A DNA stretch of 64,000 bases from Hemiscyllium ocellatum (lineage: Eukaryota), in assembly GCF_020745735.1 (NCBI RefSeq), contig NC_083424.1, positions 48,470,999-48,534,998 of the forward strand. Reading direction: 5' to 3'. The first letter of the stretch is position 1; each line of letters begins with the position of its first letter. The position numbers and the translations under genes are program-made. The notes beneath the pieces were generated by a model, which was given only the letters and a program-made list of their open reading frames with translations, searched no databases and had not been told where the DNA came from. This document shows, piece by piece, positions 25,097 to 39,300 of this stretch.

Positions 25097-25555
25097 CGTG
25101 GCTCGGTGGTCAGCACTGCCTCGCAGCGCCAGGGTCATCTTGTCATTGAGTGGAAAGTTAATCTTGATGGACTCAAATATCTGGGACAGCACATGCGTGC
25201 ACGTAATCCCAATGAGGTAATATTTGGATTGAATGATGGCTACTATGGAATATCTTTTGATCACAAGGACCTCACTGAAAAGAAGAGGACCAACCTTCTA
25301 CAGGTGGACCAGAATTCAGTAAGGAGCTCCTATGGTGTCTTCTCCCTTCCCAGATTCGATTCCAGCCTCGGGCGTGTGGAGTTTGCACGTTCTCCAACAG
25401 ATGTGCAGGTTAGGTGAATTGGTCATGCTAAATTGCCCGTAGAGTTAGGTGCATTAGTTAGGGGGAATGGGTCTGGGTGAGTTACTCTTCGGAGGGTCGG
25501 TGTGGACTAGTTGGGCTGAAGGGTTGTTTCCACACTGTAGGGAATCTAATCTAAT
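25097..25555 (+). mobile_element. V-SINE interrupted by a 214-bp unrelated insert (25135-25348)
   Basis: tRNA-like head gtggctcggtggtcagcactgcctcgcagcgccaggg resumes as cccagattcgattcc at 25349. Compare the intact copy at 42069. Confidence 0.75.
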
Positions 25556-27149
25556 TTAATATCGCTGTCATACTCAGTTATGGTATAGTTTGCATTCGAA
25601 CTGATCCGTTTGAAGGCCGAGTTTGCCAGTGGAAACAGTTTAAGTTCATAAACAAAACAAAACTCATTAATTTGCTGTTACATCCACATCCAACTCACTA
25701 GCTTAAACCTAAAACATGTATTTTATTAATGTTCTCCAAAAGCCTTGTTCCATCAAATCAAGACGGTTATCACGTTATTGATATTGATATTTTGCGTTGT
25801 AAATGTCGATAATCGGGAATAAAAGCAACCATATGGGCGCTATAGAGAATTGGAAACACTACCTTTATATATATTTAAAAAAGCTGAATAAAGGTGACAT
25901 GTGGTTTCTTCGGGTGAAGCAGGACTGCAAATTAACTCTGCAATGCAGGGCAAGACTTTCATTTTTGCTTAAGGTGAGAATATATTGTTACATATGCGTC
26001 CGAAGCTAAGAATTTAATAACGATGGCGAAAAGATAACAACATCTCACCGCAACACAGTTCCCATTATAGCATGGGACTTAGGTGTGCTTATGCCATCAA
26101 TGATAACTTAGTAATAGCAAGACACATCTTAAAGGTCACAGCTGCTGATCTGCATTTGTATGCCACATCTTCTATTTGCAAAACAGAAACCACAACGTGA
26201 TACGCAGACTGTTTTCTGACCAGAATAATTTCTAAAAAGCCTATACATGATTAAAGTGTGAATTTTACAAAAACGAGTGGAGGACATCAAGGTCTGGCAT
26301 CAGGGAGGTGTTATATTTGCACTTGAGTTGTATTCTCATCATTATGCTGCACCTTGAATCTAAGTTGTCTCCATCACAAAGTTCAGTACTTAGATCTTTC
26401 TTCTCCCTGCATCCTCCTGCCCAAACTTTCAGTCCTGCTGTTGTTACCTCCAGTATTAGCTGCACAATATTCCTCTGGCAAAGTCTAGCATATTCCGTTC
26501 TCCACAAACTTCAACTTCAATCCCAAACTCTGCTGTAGATTACCCAATTGGTACCAAGTCCCACTTACCCTTTGCTTTCTACTTACAGTGGCTCCCAATT
26601 CACCAAAACTTCAAACTTTAATTTCTCCACAGACTGGTCAAACCATGGAGTTTCTTTGTGAACAGGCCTGTTTCTTCCCCTTCCATGGGAAGGTGAAAAT
26701 AAATTTCTACTCAGAGCCTTGTGGAGAGATGTAAACAAACCTGCTTCACCTTTAACATTGCAATCATGGTCATCACTATTCAGTGGTGATCTTACCTGTG
26801 AAGAAAATATAACAATGCAAAATTGCCATTCTTACCTAATCTGGGCTACACATACATTCACATTTTCCAGTACTTGGCCTGCAGCCTTCTACGCTTTGGC
26901 ATTTCAAATGATTGTCTAAATATTCCCTAAAAGTTGTGATGGTTCCCACTTCTACCACCTTTTTTGGCACAGTGCTCTAGATATTCATCATCGTCTGGAA
27001 AAAAGAAATTATTTTCTACATTCTCCTGCCCTCGATTAATGACCTGGTGTCCATGGAAAAAACTTTACCATATCTATGATAACCATGCCTCTCATATTTT
27101 TGTACACCTCAATCAGCTCTTCCCTCCCCTTTCCTTGCTCTAAGGAAAA

Positions 27150-29100
27150 GGATAGTAGGATGTGAATATAGACTCCCAAACTGGAGTAGTGATAGTGAAT
27201 AAATTATTAAATAAGAATGTAAGTAATACATATGCAGCTGCAATTACAGGTGACTTCAATCTGCATTTGGATTCGGCAAATCAAATCAGTAACAATACAG
27301 TAGGGAAGGAATTGTTGGAGTGTATATTTGATGAGTCAATATGTTGACGAAACAACTCAAGAAAAGGCCATTCTTAACTGTGTACTAGGCAATGAGGAAG
27401 GAATAGTTGGCAATCTAGTTGTGTGTGGGCCCTTAGGGAAGAGTGATCACAAGGGATAAAATGCTTCACTAACATGAAAAGTCACATGGTTGTTTCTCAG
27501 ACCAGGGTCCTGAATTTAAATAAAGGGAAGCAAACCATGATTGTAAGTGGTGAGAGTTGGCCATGATAAATTGGGGACTGTTAGGATGTCGCTAGATTGG
27601 CAATGGCAAACAATTAAATAGTCCGTGGATGAACTATGAGAGTTATTCATTCAAGTTTGGCATAAAAATGAAATGGGAAATAGCCTCAAACTATGGCTAG
27701 CAAGAGAAAATTGGGATAGTACTAACCCCAAAGAAGAGGTATAAAAAGTGGCCAAATGAACGACAGACTTAAACATTGGGAAGATTTTGAATTCTCGCAA
27801 AGGGAAACAAATAGACTAATTAAGAAGGTGAAAATAGAACGTGAGAGTGGGCATTTGCAGGTATTATATAGACCAATAGTAAAAAGCCTCCATTGGTACA
27901 TGAACAGAAAGTGATTGGTGAAGATGAATATCAGTCCCCTACAGCCAAGAACAGTGGAATGTATAATGGAGAACAAGAAGATGGTAATTAAATACCTACT
28001 TCAGTTCTGTCTTCACAAAAGAAGGCACATGTACTTCCCAATATCACGGGGGATGAAAAGACTAATGGGAAGGAGAAATTGGAAAAAGAAATGTTGATAG
28101 GGAAATTATGTTGGGGATACTAATGGGATTAAAGTTGATAAATCCCCCAAGTCCTTCAGTCAAGTCAAGCCATGCTGACTGTGCTTGATTAATTCTTGCC
28201 TTTCCAAGTTGAGTTTACTTCTGTCTTTCAGACATTTTCCACATGTTTCCCTACTAATGATGCTAGACAGACTGTTCTATAGTTCCCTAGTTTAGCCCTA
28301 CTACCCTCCTTGAATAATTGCTGAAAGTTTGAAAGCTGTAAATTGTCAGATTAAAATTCAGGCACCACATATTTTGTCTTGAACATTAATGTCAGGATCC
28401 CTACAATCTCCTCCTTTGCCATCCACAGCAGACTGGGATATGTCTCATTTAGGCCTAGGGATTTATTGAATTTTAAGCTTGCTAAAACCACGAATATCTC
28501 GCCCATCTCAATTGTGACCTGTTCAAGTATACCTACATCACACTTCTCTATGATGCTTGCAGATGGAAAACACTCACTTAAAACGTTGACAATATTTTTG
28601 AGATCCACATACAGTTTGCCACTTCAGTCCCTTATTGAACATCTCAGCTTTTCATGGTTATTCCATTGCCTGAAATCTACTTATAAATGCCTTTGTATTT
28701 ACTTTTATTTTACTCATTAGTGTCCTTTCATGTTCTCTCTTTATTTTCCTAAGTTTTTTTAAAGTAACCTCCTGCACTTTCAATACAGATTTGGAACATT
28801 CAGTGTTTTGAGCCCTTGATGTCGATTATAAGCTTCCCATTTTCCTTTAGCCAACCCTATACATTTCTTGATATTTAGGGTTCCCTGGACTTGTTGAAGC
28901 ACTCTTTACAAAAACATGTTGGTCCTGTATCCCACTATTCTCCTTCAGAAAAAACTCCTACTACACTAGTGTAGAGTTTCCTTCCAGTAGGTGCTCCCAG
29001 TCCAGATCAAGATATATATCAAAATTTGGCTGTCTTTAATTCAACACCCTTACTGCCAGTCCACTTTGTCCTTTTCCATGCCTACCTTAAATCTTACTTC
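27150..29100. mobile_element. Old CR1-like fragments (+ strand about 27150-28140, - strand about 28330-29100)
   Basis: Degenerate EN/RT peptides (ITGDFNLHLDSANQ; KFNKSLGLNETYPSLLWMAKEEI). Confidence 0.55.
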
Positions 29101-29442
29101 TATGCACAGAACACTGAACGGCCAGTCCTGCCCCTCCCTCAATCACGTCTCCATGTTAGCAATTATTATGAAGATGTGGGTGTACTGTATCTTTAAGAGA
29201 GTTAAAAGCTAGCAGAACTACCTGACACTACCAAGTGTTCTGAATAAGGTAACAATGTAACACTTGGTCGAAAGTTAGATTAGCTGATTGCCTGGAAAGA
29301 AAAAAATAAATTAGGCTAATCAGTTTAAATTGTACTCCAAAAAATACCTAACACCAATTGAGTCTCAAATTTTCACAGATTACAGCACAGGATAAATCTT
29401 TTCTGTGTTGCTGGTTTAAATTCAGCAGGAGGACATAACCTG

Positions 29443-30057
29443 TGTCATAACAGTTAAAATTTGAGAGACTAAGAACCATTTAAAGTAAAAATTAACAACT
29501 TTATTTATAACAGAGAATAATTAGCGAACAATTATTTACAACTCCTCCTCTAACCTATCTTTTACCTTCCCTTCTATAATACTCATCCGATAAAATCCCC
29601 TGATTAAAATTTACCAAAATTTCAAGTTTTCAAAACAGCCAGATGTTGAATCTTCTTTACTCCTTCTTAGGGATTTCTGCTTCACAGGTCACGGATTGAT
29701 AAAGGTACCTTTAAGAGAGCTATTCTCTGGGCAGTCTGCAGATGTTATTGGCTTGGCAGTTCTCCTTCCAACGGTTCACTTTTCTCTGGTCTTATACTTC
29801 CAAAGCATTGGATTGTGTCATTGGCTTTTAAGATTGTTAAGATACTAAATTCAAACATGGTTGGAGTTTGGTATTTTTTGGGGTATAATTTAAACTGATT
29901 GGCCTAATTTGAATTTTTTGTTTCCCAGGCAAACCAGCTAATCTAGCTTTTGATCAAATGTTACATTGTTACCTTATTCACTACACTTGGTGCTGTCAGG
30001 TAGTTCTGCTAGCTTTTAACACTCTTAAAAGAACAGAAACCTGATGTCTTCATAACA
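29443..30057 (-). mobile_element. Solo LTR (probably Gypsy-type), with an inverted partial copy at about 29163-29370
   Basis: On the - strand it begins TGTTATG and ends TGTTATGACA, with TATA-like and AATAAA motifs. No TSD recognised. Confidence 0.6.
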
Positions 30058-30399
30058 CAATTATGTTATATCTCCAGGTATTAATCAACACCCTCAACTC
30101 CCCTGCATTACTCACAAGACTCCTTGAATTAAAATAAATGCCATCCTTTGCCATGCTATCTTATGACTTCCCTTGACTATATATGATTTGCCTTCCAGAA
30201 TGATTTATTTTTCTCTTTAATATTTGTCTGTGCTTCATCCCTCATTGTACAATTACTCAGTATCCTCCACTCCCTCCCAGCATCACCCCCCAAACCTGCC
30301 CCAGCAAATAACTTTAATTCACCACCAAGAGCACTAGAAATGCCTGTTGTACAAATGTTAATCCTATTTGATGGAGGCCAAACACATCAGATTGTGCAG

Positions 30400-31250
30400 G
30401 TCACATCTTTCTTAGAAAAGAATCTAAGAATCTAAAGCACTACCTTCTTAGACCAACTCTTCAACCACACTTTTATCTGCTTTCTCTGCCCATTCCTATC
30501 CTGATGCCGGCCAGCAGTAATCCAGAAATTTCTACTTTTGGAAGTCTTGCTTTTCAATATGCCACCTTGATCGATAACATCTTTGGTAGGATTACAGCTT
30601 TCTTTATACTCATGTGGTTGGTAACAGTGTGAACGACCTCCACTGACTGTTACACCCCCAACAATCAGAATGTTCTGTAATGTCCTGGTGAATCTCTTTT
30701 GCACTTGCTGCAGCGCAATCACATCTTTGTGCGGTGACCAGAACTGCACACAGTACTCTATCTGTGACCTCACCAAAGTTTTGTACATCTCCAATATAAC
30801 CTCCCTGGTCTTATAATCTATTCCTTGATTTATAAAGGCAAGTGCCTTTCTGCTTTCTTAACCACCCCATGAAGCTGCTTGCTGCCTTCAGGGATGCGTG
30901 GAGATGCACCCCAAGATCTCTTTGTTTTTCTGAGCTTCCTAGTGCCCTGCCATTCACTGAGTGCTCCTTTGTCTTCTATTTCTTCAAAGTTGCATTCTCT
31001 GTCACTTTCTATGGTTAAACTGCACCTGCAGTTTATCCGTACATCTGGCCAACCTGTGTATATCTTCCTGCACTCTAAGACGGTTTTCTTGACAGACAGA
31101 GACCTGGCCAATTTTCATGCCTTCCACAAACTTGCATATTATCCTGCTCCCTCTACTTTGTGTTCTGTATTATTTGTATATCCTGGACAAAGAGGGACCC
31201 AGTACTAATTCTTGTGGTATATCACTGGACACAGGCATCCAGTCAGAGTA
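30400..31250 (-). mobile_element. CR1 RT fragment
   Basis: ORF 30432 (MYKTLVRSQIEYCVQFWSPH). Confidence 0.7.
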
Positions 31251-31660
31251 GGGCTGGGAATGGCCTAGTAGTGTTATTTCTAGACGATTAATGCAGCATT
31301 CCTAGTAGGGTTCAGGAGCCTGGGTTCAAATTCTGCCATAGTAAATGATGGCATTTGAGTTCAATGAAAGTCTGAAATTAAGAGTTTAATGGTCACTTTT
31401 ATCAGCGTAATTATCCATCGGGTTTATCTAGGCTGTATATGGAAGGAAACTGCTGTCCTTACCAAGTCTGGCCTACATGTGGCTACAGGCCCACAGCAAT
31501 GTGGTTGATTCTAAACTATAAACATGGCCAATGACACCCATATCCTGTGAATGAATTAAAAAGGCAGCCTCTATAAGCATCTTTGCTTCTTTCCGGAAAG
31601 GTCTATCCATCTTGCAAAGTTAGCCCAGATCCTGTGTAAAATCTTGCCAAAGGCTTTGAG

Positions 31661-34520
31661 TCAGAGAGTCATAGAGATGTACAGCATTGAAACAGACCCT
31701 TCGGTCTAAGCTGTCCATGCCGACCAGATATCCCAACCCCTTTCTTGTCCCACCTGCCAGCACCCTGCCCATATCCCTCCAAACCCTTCCTTCATATACC
31801 CATCCAAATGCCTCTTAAATGTTGCAATTTACCAGCCTCCGCCACATCCTCTGGAAGCTCATTCCATACACGTACCACCCTCTGCGTGAAAAAGTTGCCC
31901 CTTAGATCTCTTTTATATCTTTCCCCTCTCACCCTCAATCTATGCCTTCTAGTTCTGGACTCCCCGACCCCAGGGAAAAGACTTTGCCTATTTATCCTAT
32001 CCATGCCCCTCATAATTTTGTAAAACTCTATAAGGTCACCCCTCAGCCTCCGACGCTCCAGGGAAACAGCCCCAGCCTGTTCAGCCTCTCCCTTTAGCTC
32101 AGATCCTCCAACCCTGGCAACGTCCTTGTAATTCGTTTCTGAACCCTATCAAGTTTCACAACATCTTTCCGATAGGAAGAAGACCAGAATTGCACGCAAT
32201 ATTCCAACAGTGGCCTAACCAATGTCCTGTACAACTGCAACATGACCTCCCAACTCTTGTGCTCAATGCTCTGACCAATAAAGGAAAGCATACAAAACAC
32301 CTTCTTCACTATCATATCTACCTGCGACTCCACTTTCAAGGAGCTATGAACCTGCACTCCAAGGTCTCTTTGTTCAGCAATACTCCATAGGACATTACTA
32401 TTAAGCATATAAGTCCTGCTAAGATTTGCTTTCCCAAAACGCAGCACCTTGCATTTCTCTGAATTAAACTCCATCTGCCACATCTCAGCCCATTGGCCCA
32501 TCTGGTCCAGATCCTGTTGTAATCTGAGGTAACCCTCTTCACTGTCCACTACACCTCCAATTTTGGTGTCATCTGCAAACTTACTAACTACACCTCTTAT
32601 GTTCACATCCAAATCATTTATGTAAATGACAAAAAGCAGAGGGGCCAGCACCGATCCTAGTGGCACTCCAGTCTGAAAAACAACTCTCCACCACCACGCT
32701 CTGTCTTCTACCTTTGAGCCAGTTCTGTATCCAAATGGCTAGTTCTCCCTTTATAAAATGAGGTCTAACCTTGCTAATCAGTCTCCCATGGGGAATCTTG
32801 TTGAACACCTTACTGAAGTCCATATAGATCACATCTACTGCTCTGCCTTCATCAATCTTCTTTGTTACTTCTTCAAAAAACTCAATCAAGTTTGTGAAAC
32901 ATGATTTCCCTTGCACAAAGCCATGTTGACTATCCCAAATCAGTCCTTGCCTTTCCAAATACATGTACATTCTGTCCCTCAGGATTCCCTCCAACAACTT
33001 GCCCACCACCGAGGTCAGGCTCACCTGTCTACAGAGCCCTGGTTTATCTTTACCGCCCTTCTTAAACAGTGGCACCATGTTTGTCAACCTCCAGTTTTCC
33101 AGCACCTCACCTGTGACTATCAATGATACAAATATCTCAGCAAGAGGCCCAGCAATCACTTCTCTAGCTTCCCACAGAGTTCTCGGGTACACCTGATCAG
33201 GTCCTGGGGATTTATCCACTTTTAACCATTTCAAGGCATCCAGCACTTCCTCCTCTGTAATCTGGACATTTTGCAAGATGTCACCATCTCTTTCCCTATA
33301 GTCTATATCTTCCATATCCTTTTCCACAGTAAATACTGATGCAAAATATTCATTTAGTATCTCCCACATTTTCTGTGGCTCCACACAAATGCTGCCTTGC
33401 TGATCTTTGAGGGGCCCTATTCTCTCCCTAGTTACCCTTCTGTCTTTAATGTAATTGTAAAAACCCTTTGGATTCTCCTTAACTCTATTTGCGAAAGCTA
33501 TCTCATATCCTTTTTTTTCCCCTCCTGATTTCCATCTTAAGTATACTCCTCCTTCGTTTATATTCTTCTGAGGATTTACTCGATCTATCCTGTCTACACC
33601 TTACATATGCTTCCTTTTTTTTCTTAACCAAACCCTCAATTTCTTTAGCCATCCAGCATTCCCTATAGCTACCAGCCTTCCCTTTCACCCTGACAGGAAC
33701 ATACTTTCGCTGGATTCTTGTTATCTCATTTCTGAAGGCTTCCCATTTTCCAGCAGTCCCTTTATCTGCGAACATCTGCCTCCAATCAGCTTTCGAAAGT
33801 TCTTGCCTAATACTGTCAAAATTGGCCTTTCTCCAATTTAGAACTTCAACTTTTAGATCTGGTCTATCCTTTTCCATCGCTATTTTAAAACAAATAGAAT
33901 TATGGTCACTGGCCCCAAAGTGCTCCCCCACTGACACCTTAGTCACCTGCCCTGCCTCATTTCCCAAGGGTAGGTCAAGTTTTGCACCTTCTCTAGTAGG
34001 TACATCCACATACTGAATCAGAAAATTGTCTTGTACACACTTAAGAAATTCGTCTCCATCTAAACCCTGAACACTATGGCAGTCCCAGTCAATGTTTGGA
34101 AAGTTAAAATCCCTGACCATAACTACCCTATTATTCTTGCAGATAGTTGAGATCTCCTTACAAGTTTGTTTCTCAATTTCCCTCTGACTATTAGTGGGTC
34201 TATAATGCAGTCCCAATAAGGTGATCAGTCCCTTTCTTATTTCTCAGTTTAACCAAATAACTTCCCTGGATATATTTCTGGGAATATCTTCCCTCAGCAC
34301 AGCTGTAATGCTATTCCTAATCAAAAATGTTACTCACCCTCCTCTCTTGCCTCCCTTTCTATCCTTCCTGTAGCATTTGTATCCTGGAACATTAAGCTGC
34401 CAGTCCTGCCCATTCCTGAGCCATGTTTCCGTAATTGCTATGATATCCCAGTCCCATGTTCCTAACCATGCCCTGAGTTCAAAGCCTTCCCTGTTAGGCC
34501 TCTTGCATTGAAATAAATGG
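31661..34520 (-). mobile_element. CR1-clade LINE, ORF2 (endonuclease + RT) nearly complete but frameshifted
   Basis: ORFs 33503-34216 (EN), 32614-33384 and 32094-32666 (RT: YMDFSKVF, FADDTKI). 3' (tctatgac) tail at about 31665. Confidence 0.92.
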
Positions 34521-34526
34521 TATATC

Positions 34527-34690
34527 TTGTCAGATGTGGGAGTTTAAAGAGAGTTTAAGGGTTACTGTGGAGTATATCTGCCATAAATGCTGTTGGATGT
34601 GAATCTTATCAAATCGAGTGGATCGATTGGAGAGACAGATAGAAGCGATGAGGAATTTGCAACAGCAATAGTATGTGATGGGTGATGGTA
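34527..34690 (+). mobile_element. Inverted CR1 ORF1 N-terminal piece abutting the 5' end of the preceding copy
   Basis: cttgtcagatgtgggagtttaaagagag... (CQMWEFKESLRVT..CHKCCW) is the same sequence as 40932-40976 and 40110-40222. Confidence 0.75.
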
Positions 34691-35779
34691 GTCTAAGGTA
34701 CATCAACTCATATATGAGGATAAACCCATCTGCACACCTATCCATGACTATCCATGCCTATAAACTCTTTATTGATGGCGTCAGCCATGTACTAGCTTCG
34801 AAATTTATATTTATCAAAATTACTGGAGTTGAAACATTGTCTCAAGCAGTAATTGCTCAAAAAACAGTCAACTCCTGACTCATCAACTGACAGAGCCAGT
34901 GATTATAATCTTCTCATGTGTGGTTGCAACTGAAATACAAAACTTAATATTTTTGCTGCAGATTTAAAACATTTTCAAATGCATTACAATCACCTGAAAA
35001 TGTCACATGCTATCAGTGCTCCTATTGCTCTTCTCAGCTTTGAATATTTTAAAATACTTTTGTAGAATGTGGATGTTAAGGGCCAGGCCAGCCTTTGTTA
35101 TATGTCCTTATTGCCCTTGAGCTGAGAGGCTGTTTAGGCCTTTTCTGAGGACCGAACAGACAACCATGTTGCTGTGGGTCTGGAGTCACATTTTGGTCAG
35201 ACCAGGTAAGGAGGGCAGACCTCCGAAATCTGTAGGGACATTGTGCCACCTTTAACATTTTAAGTTTTCACAGCTTTTTTCAGAAATCAGTCTATTTGGA
35301 TAGGCTATCTGTATGGCACATGGGACTGAACCTACAAATAGGAACATTATCACTTCGTCATAAGAACACAACTCTCACAGTTGATGCTTTTTTTGACAAT
35401 GCCTTAGTTTGCTGGACCAGTGGCAAAGACTTACAAACAGCTTTGGTGTCCTCTGGTGGTGGTGAACAAATTTACAATGAGTAGATGCATATTTCATCAT
35501 CACATCACACAGAAGAAAACTTTTTGAATCAGCTGAAATGTATATAAAATGTTCATCCTGATACCTATTTATATTAATATTATTTATCCCTTACTTAGAT
35601 TTACAAATATAAACAGTACAAGCTTGAATTTTCTGCAATAAAGATATCGTAGCCTGATTTTCTCCAGCCCTATGGAGGTACTATTTTGGGAGGAGGAGAA
35701 GGAAGTGAAGGAAGAGAATGTGATGCAAAGAGTCTGAAAGAGATGCATTAGAGCTAACCCCTGACATTTTGTCAAAAGT

Positions 35780-36339
35780 TGTGGTGCCAGGACAGCACAT
35801 CAGGTCAGGTGGCACCCGAGGAGCAGAAGAGTCGACATTTCACACATAAGCCCTTCATCAGGATGGAGGTGTAGCCCCAAGGGGGCTGAGAGATAAATGG
35901 GAGAGGGTTGGGGCTGGGGGTGAGTACCAATAGGCAGATGAACACAAGGCATGATAGTGATAGATCAGAGCGGATAGGTGGGTAGGAAAATGGACAGTTC
36001 ATGAGGGCAATGCCAAGTTGGAGGCTTGGATCTGGGATAAGGGGAGATGAGAAACTGGTGAAATTTACATTGATGCCACGTGGTTGGACAGTCCCAAGGC
36101 AGAAGATGAGGACTTCCTTCTCCAGTCATTGGGTGGCTAGGATTTGGTGATGGAGGAGGCACAGGACTTGCATATCTTTGGTGGACTGGGAGGGAGAGTT
36201 AAAGTAGTCGGCCACTGGGTGATGGGGATATATGGTGCATGTATCCTGGAGATGTTCCCTGAACCATTCTGCAAGTTGACGTCCTGTCTCCCCAATGTAG
36301 AGGAACACACATCTAGAACAACGGGCACAGTACATGAGG
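35780..36339 (-). mobile_element. Penelope-like element 3' part (GIY-YIG remnant plus hammerhead motif at about 35829-35864)
   Basis: ORF 36126-36335 (YCARCSRCVFLYIGETGRQLAEWFREHL...HPVADYFNSPSQS). Confidence 0.85.
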
Positions 36340-39300
36340 TCATAGAGTTATAGAGATGGTCAGCATGGAAACAAACCCTTCGGTCTAACCTGTCCATGCC
36401 ATCCAGATATTCCAACCCAATCTAGTCCCACCTGCCAGGACCTGGCCCATATTCCTCCAAACCCTTCCTATTCATATACTCATCCAAATGACTTTTAAAT
36501 ATTGCAATTGTATCAGCCTCCATCACTTCCTCTGGCAGCTCATTCCATACATGTAACACCCTCTGTGTGAAAAAGTTGCCCCTTAGGTTTCTTTTATATC
36601 TTTCCCCTATCATCATAAACCTATACCCTCTTGTTCTGGACTCCCCCACCCCAGGAAAAACACTTTGTCTATTTATCCTATCCATGCCTCTCATGATTTT
36701 GTAAACCTCTATAAGGTCACCCCTCAACCTCCGATGCTCCAGGTCACAGGCCTCCAGTCTGAAAAACAACTCTCCACCACCACTCTCTGTCTTCTACCTT
36801 TGAGCCAATTCTGTATCCAAATGGCTAGTTCTCCCTCTATTCCATGAGGTCTAACAGCCCCAGCTTGTTCAGCCTCTCCCAACCCTGGCAACATCCTTGT
36901 AAATCTTTTCTGCACCCTTTCAAGTTTCACAACATCCTTCCGATAGGAAGGAGACCAGAATTGCACACAATATTCGAACAGTTGCCTAACCAATATCCTG
37001 TACAGCCGCAACATGACCTCCCAACTCCTGTACTCAATATTCTGACCAATAAAAGAAAGCATCCCAAACTCCTTCTTCACAATCCTATCTACCTATGACT
37101 CCACTTTCAAGGAGCTATGAACCTGCGCTCTAAGGTCTCTTTGTTCAGCAACATTTCCTAGGACCTTACCATTAAGCAAATAAGTCCCAAAATGCAGCAC
37201 CTCACATTTATCTGAATGAAACACCATCTGCCACATCTCAGCCATTTGGCACATCTCATCAAGATCCTGTTGTAATCTGAGATAACCTTCTTCGCTGTCC
37301 ACTACACCTCCAATGTTGGTGTCATCTGCAAACTTATTAACTACACCTCTTATGCTCACATCCAAATCATTTATGTAAATGACAAAATGTAGTGGACGCA
37401 GCACCAATCCTTGTGGCACTCCACTGGTCACAGGCCTCCAGTCTGAAAAACAACCCTCCACCACCACCCTCTGTCTTCTACCTTTAAGCCAGTTCTGTAT
37501 CCAAATGACTAGTTCTCCCTTTATTCCATGAGATCTAACCTTGCTAACCAATCTCCCATGGGGAACCTTGTCAAACGCCTTACTGAAGTCCATATAGATC
37601 ACATCTACTGCTCTGCCCTCATCAATCCTCTTTGTTACTTATTCAAAAAACTCAATCAAGTTTGTGAGACATGATTTCCCATGCCAAAACTATGTTGACT
37701 ATCTCTAATCAGACCCTGCCTTTCCAAATACATGTACATCCTGTCCCTCAGGATTCCCTCCAACAATTTGCCCACCACTGTCATCAGGCTCACTGATCTA
37801 TAGTTCCCTGGCTTGCCCTTCTTAAACAGTTAGTCAACCTCCAGTCTTCCAGCGCCTCACTTGTGACAATCGATGATATAGGTATCTCAGCAGGAGGTCC
37901 CTCAATTACTTCTCTATCTTCCCACAGCGTTCTAGGGTACACCTGATCAGGTCCTGGGGATTTATTCACCTTTATGAGTTTCAAGGCATCCAGCACTTCC
38001 TCTTTTCTAATATGGACATTTTGCAAGGTGTCACCATCTATTTCCCTACATTCTATATCTTCCATATCCTTTTCCACAGTAAATATTGATGCAAAATATT
38101 CATTTAGTATCTCCCCCATTTTCTGCCGCTCCACACAAAGGCCGCCTTGTTGACCTTTGAGGGCCCTATTCTCTCCCTAGTTATCCTTTTGTCCTTAATG
38201 TATTGGTAAAAACTCTTTGGATCCTCCTTAACTCTATTTGCCAAAGCTATCTCATTCCCCCTTTTTGCCCTCCTGATTTCCCTTTTAAGTATACTCCTAC
38301 TGCCTTTATACTCTTCTAAGGATCCCCTCAATCTATCCTGTCTATACCTTACATATGCTTCCTTCTTTTTCTTAACCAAATACTCAATTTCTTTAGTCAT
38401 CCACCATTCCATATCCCTCCCAACCTTTCCTTTCACCCTAACAGTAATATACTTTCTCTGGATTCTCATTACTTCATTCCTGAAGGCTTCCCATTTTCCA
38501 GCTGTCCCTTTACCTGCGAACATCTGCCCCAGTCAGCTTTTTAAAGTTCTTGCCTAATACCGTCAAAATGAGCTTTTCTCCAATTTAGTACTTCAACGTT
38601 TAGATCTGGTCTATCCTTTTCCATCACTACTTTAAATCTAATGGAATTATATTTGCTGGCCCCAAAGTGCTCTCCCACTGACACCTCAGTCACCTGTCCT
38701 GCCTTATTTCCCAAGGGTAGGTCAAGTTTTGCACCTTCTCTAATAGGTACATCCATATACTGAATCAGGAAATTTTCTTGTACATACTAAACAAATTCCT
38801 CTCCATCTAAACCCTGAACACTATGGCAGTCCCAGTCTTTGTTTGGGAAGTTAAAATCCCTGACCATAACCACCCTATTATTCTTACAGATAGTTGAGAT
38901 CTCCTTATAAGTTTGTTTCTCAGTTTTCCTCTGACTATTAGTGGGTCTATCATGCAATCCCAATAAGGTGATCAATCCCTTTCTTATTTCTCAGTTCCAC
39001 CCAAATAACTTCCCTGGATATATTTCTGGGAATATCTTCCCTCAGCACAGCTGTAATGCTATCCCTTATCGAAAACACCACTCCCCCTCCTCTCTTGCCT
39101 CCTTTTCTGTCCTTCCTGTAGCTTTTGTATCCTGGAACACTAAGCTGCAAGTCCTACCCATCCCTGAGCCATGTTTCTGTAATTGCTATGATATCCCAGT
39201 CCCATGTTCCTAACCATGCCCTGACTTTATCTGCCTTCCCCGTTAGCCCCCTTGTGTTGAAATAAATGCAGTTTAATTTATCAGTGCTATCTTGTCCCTG

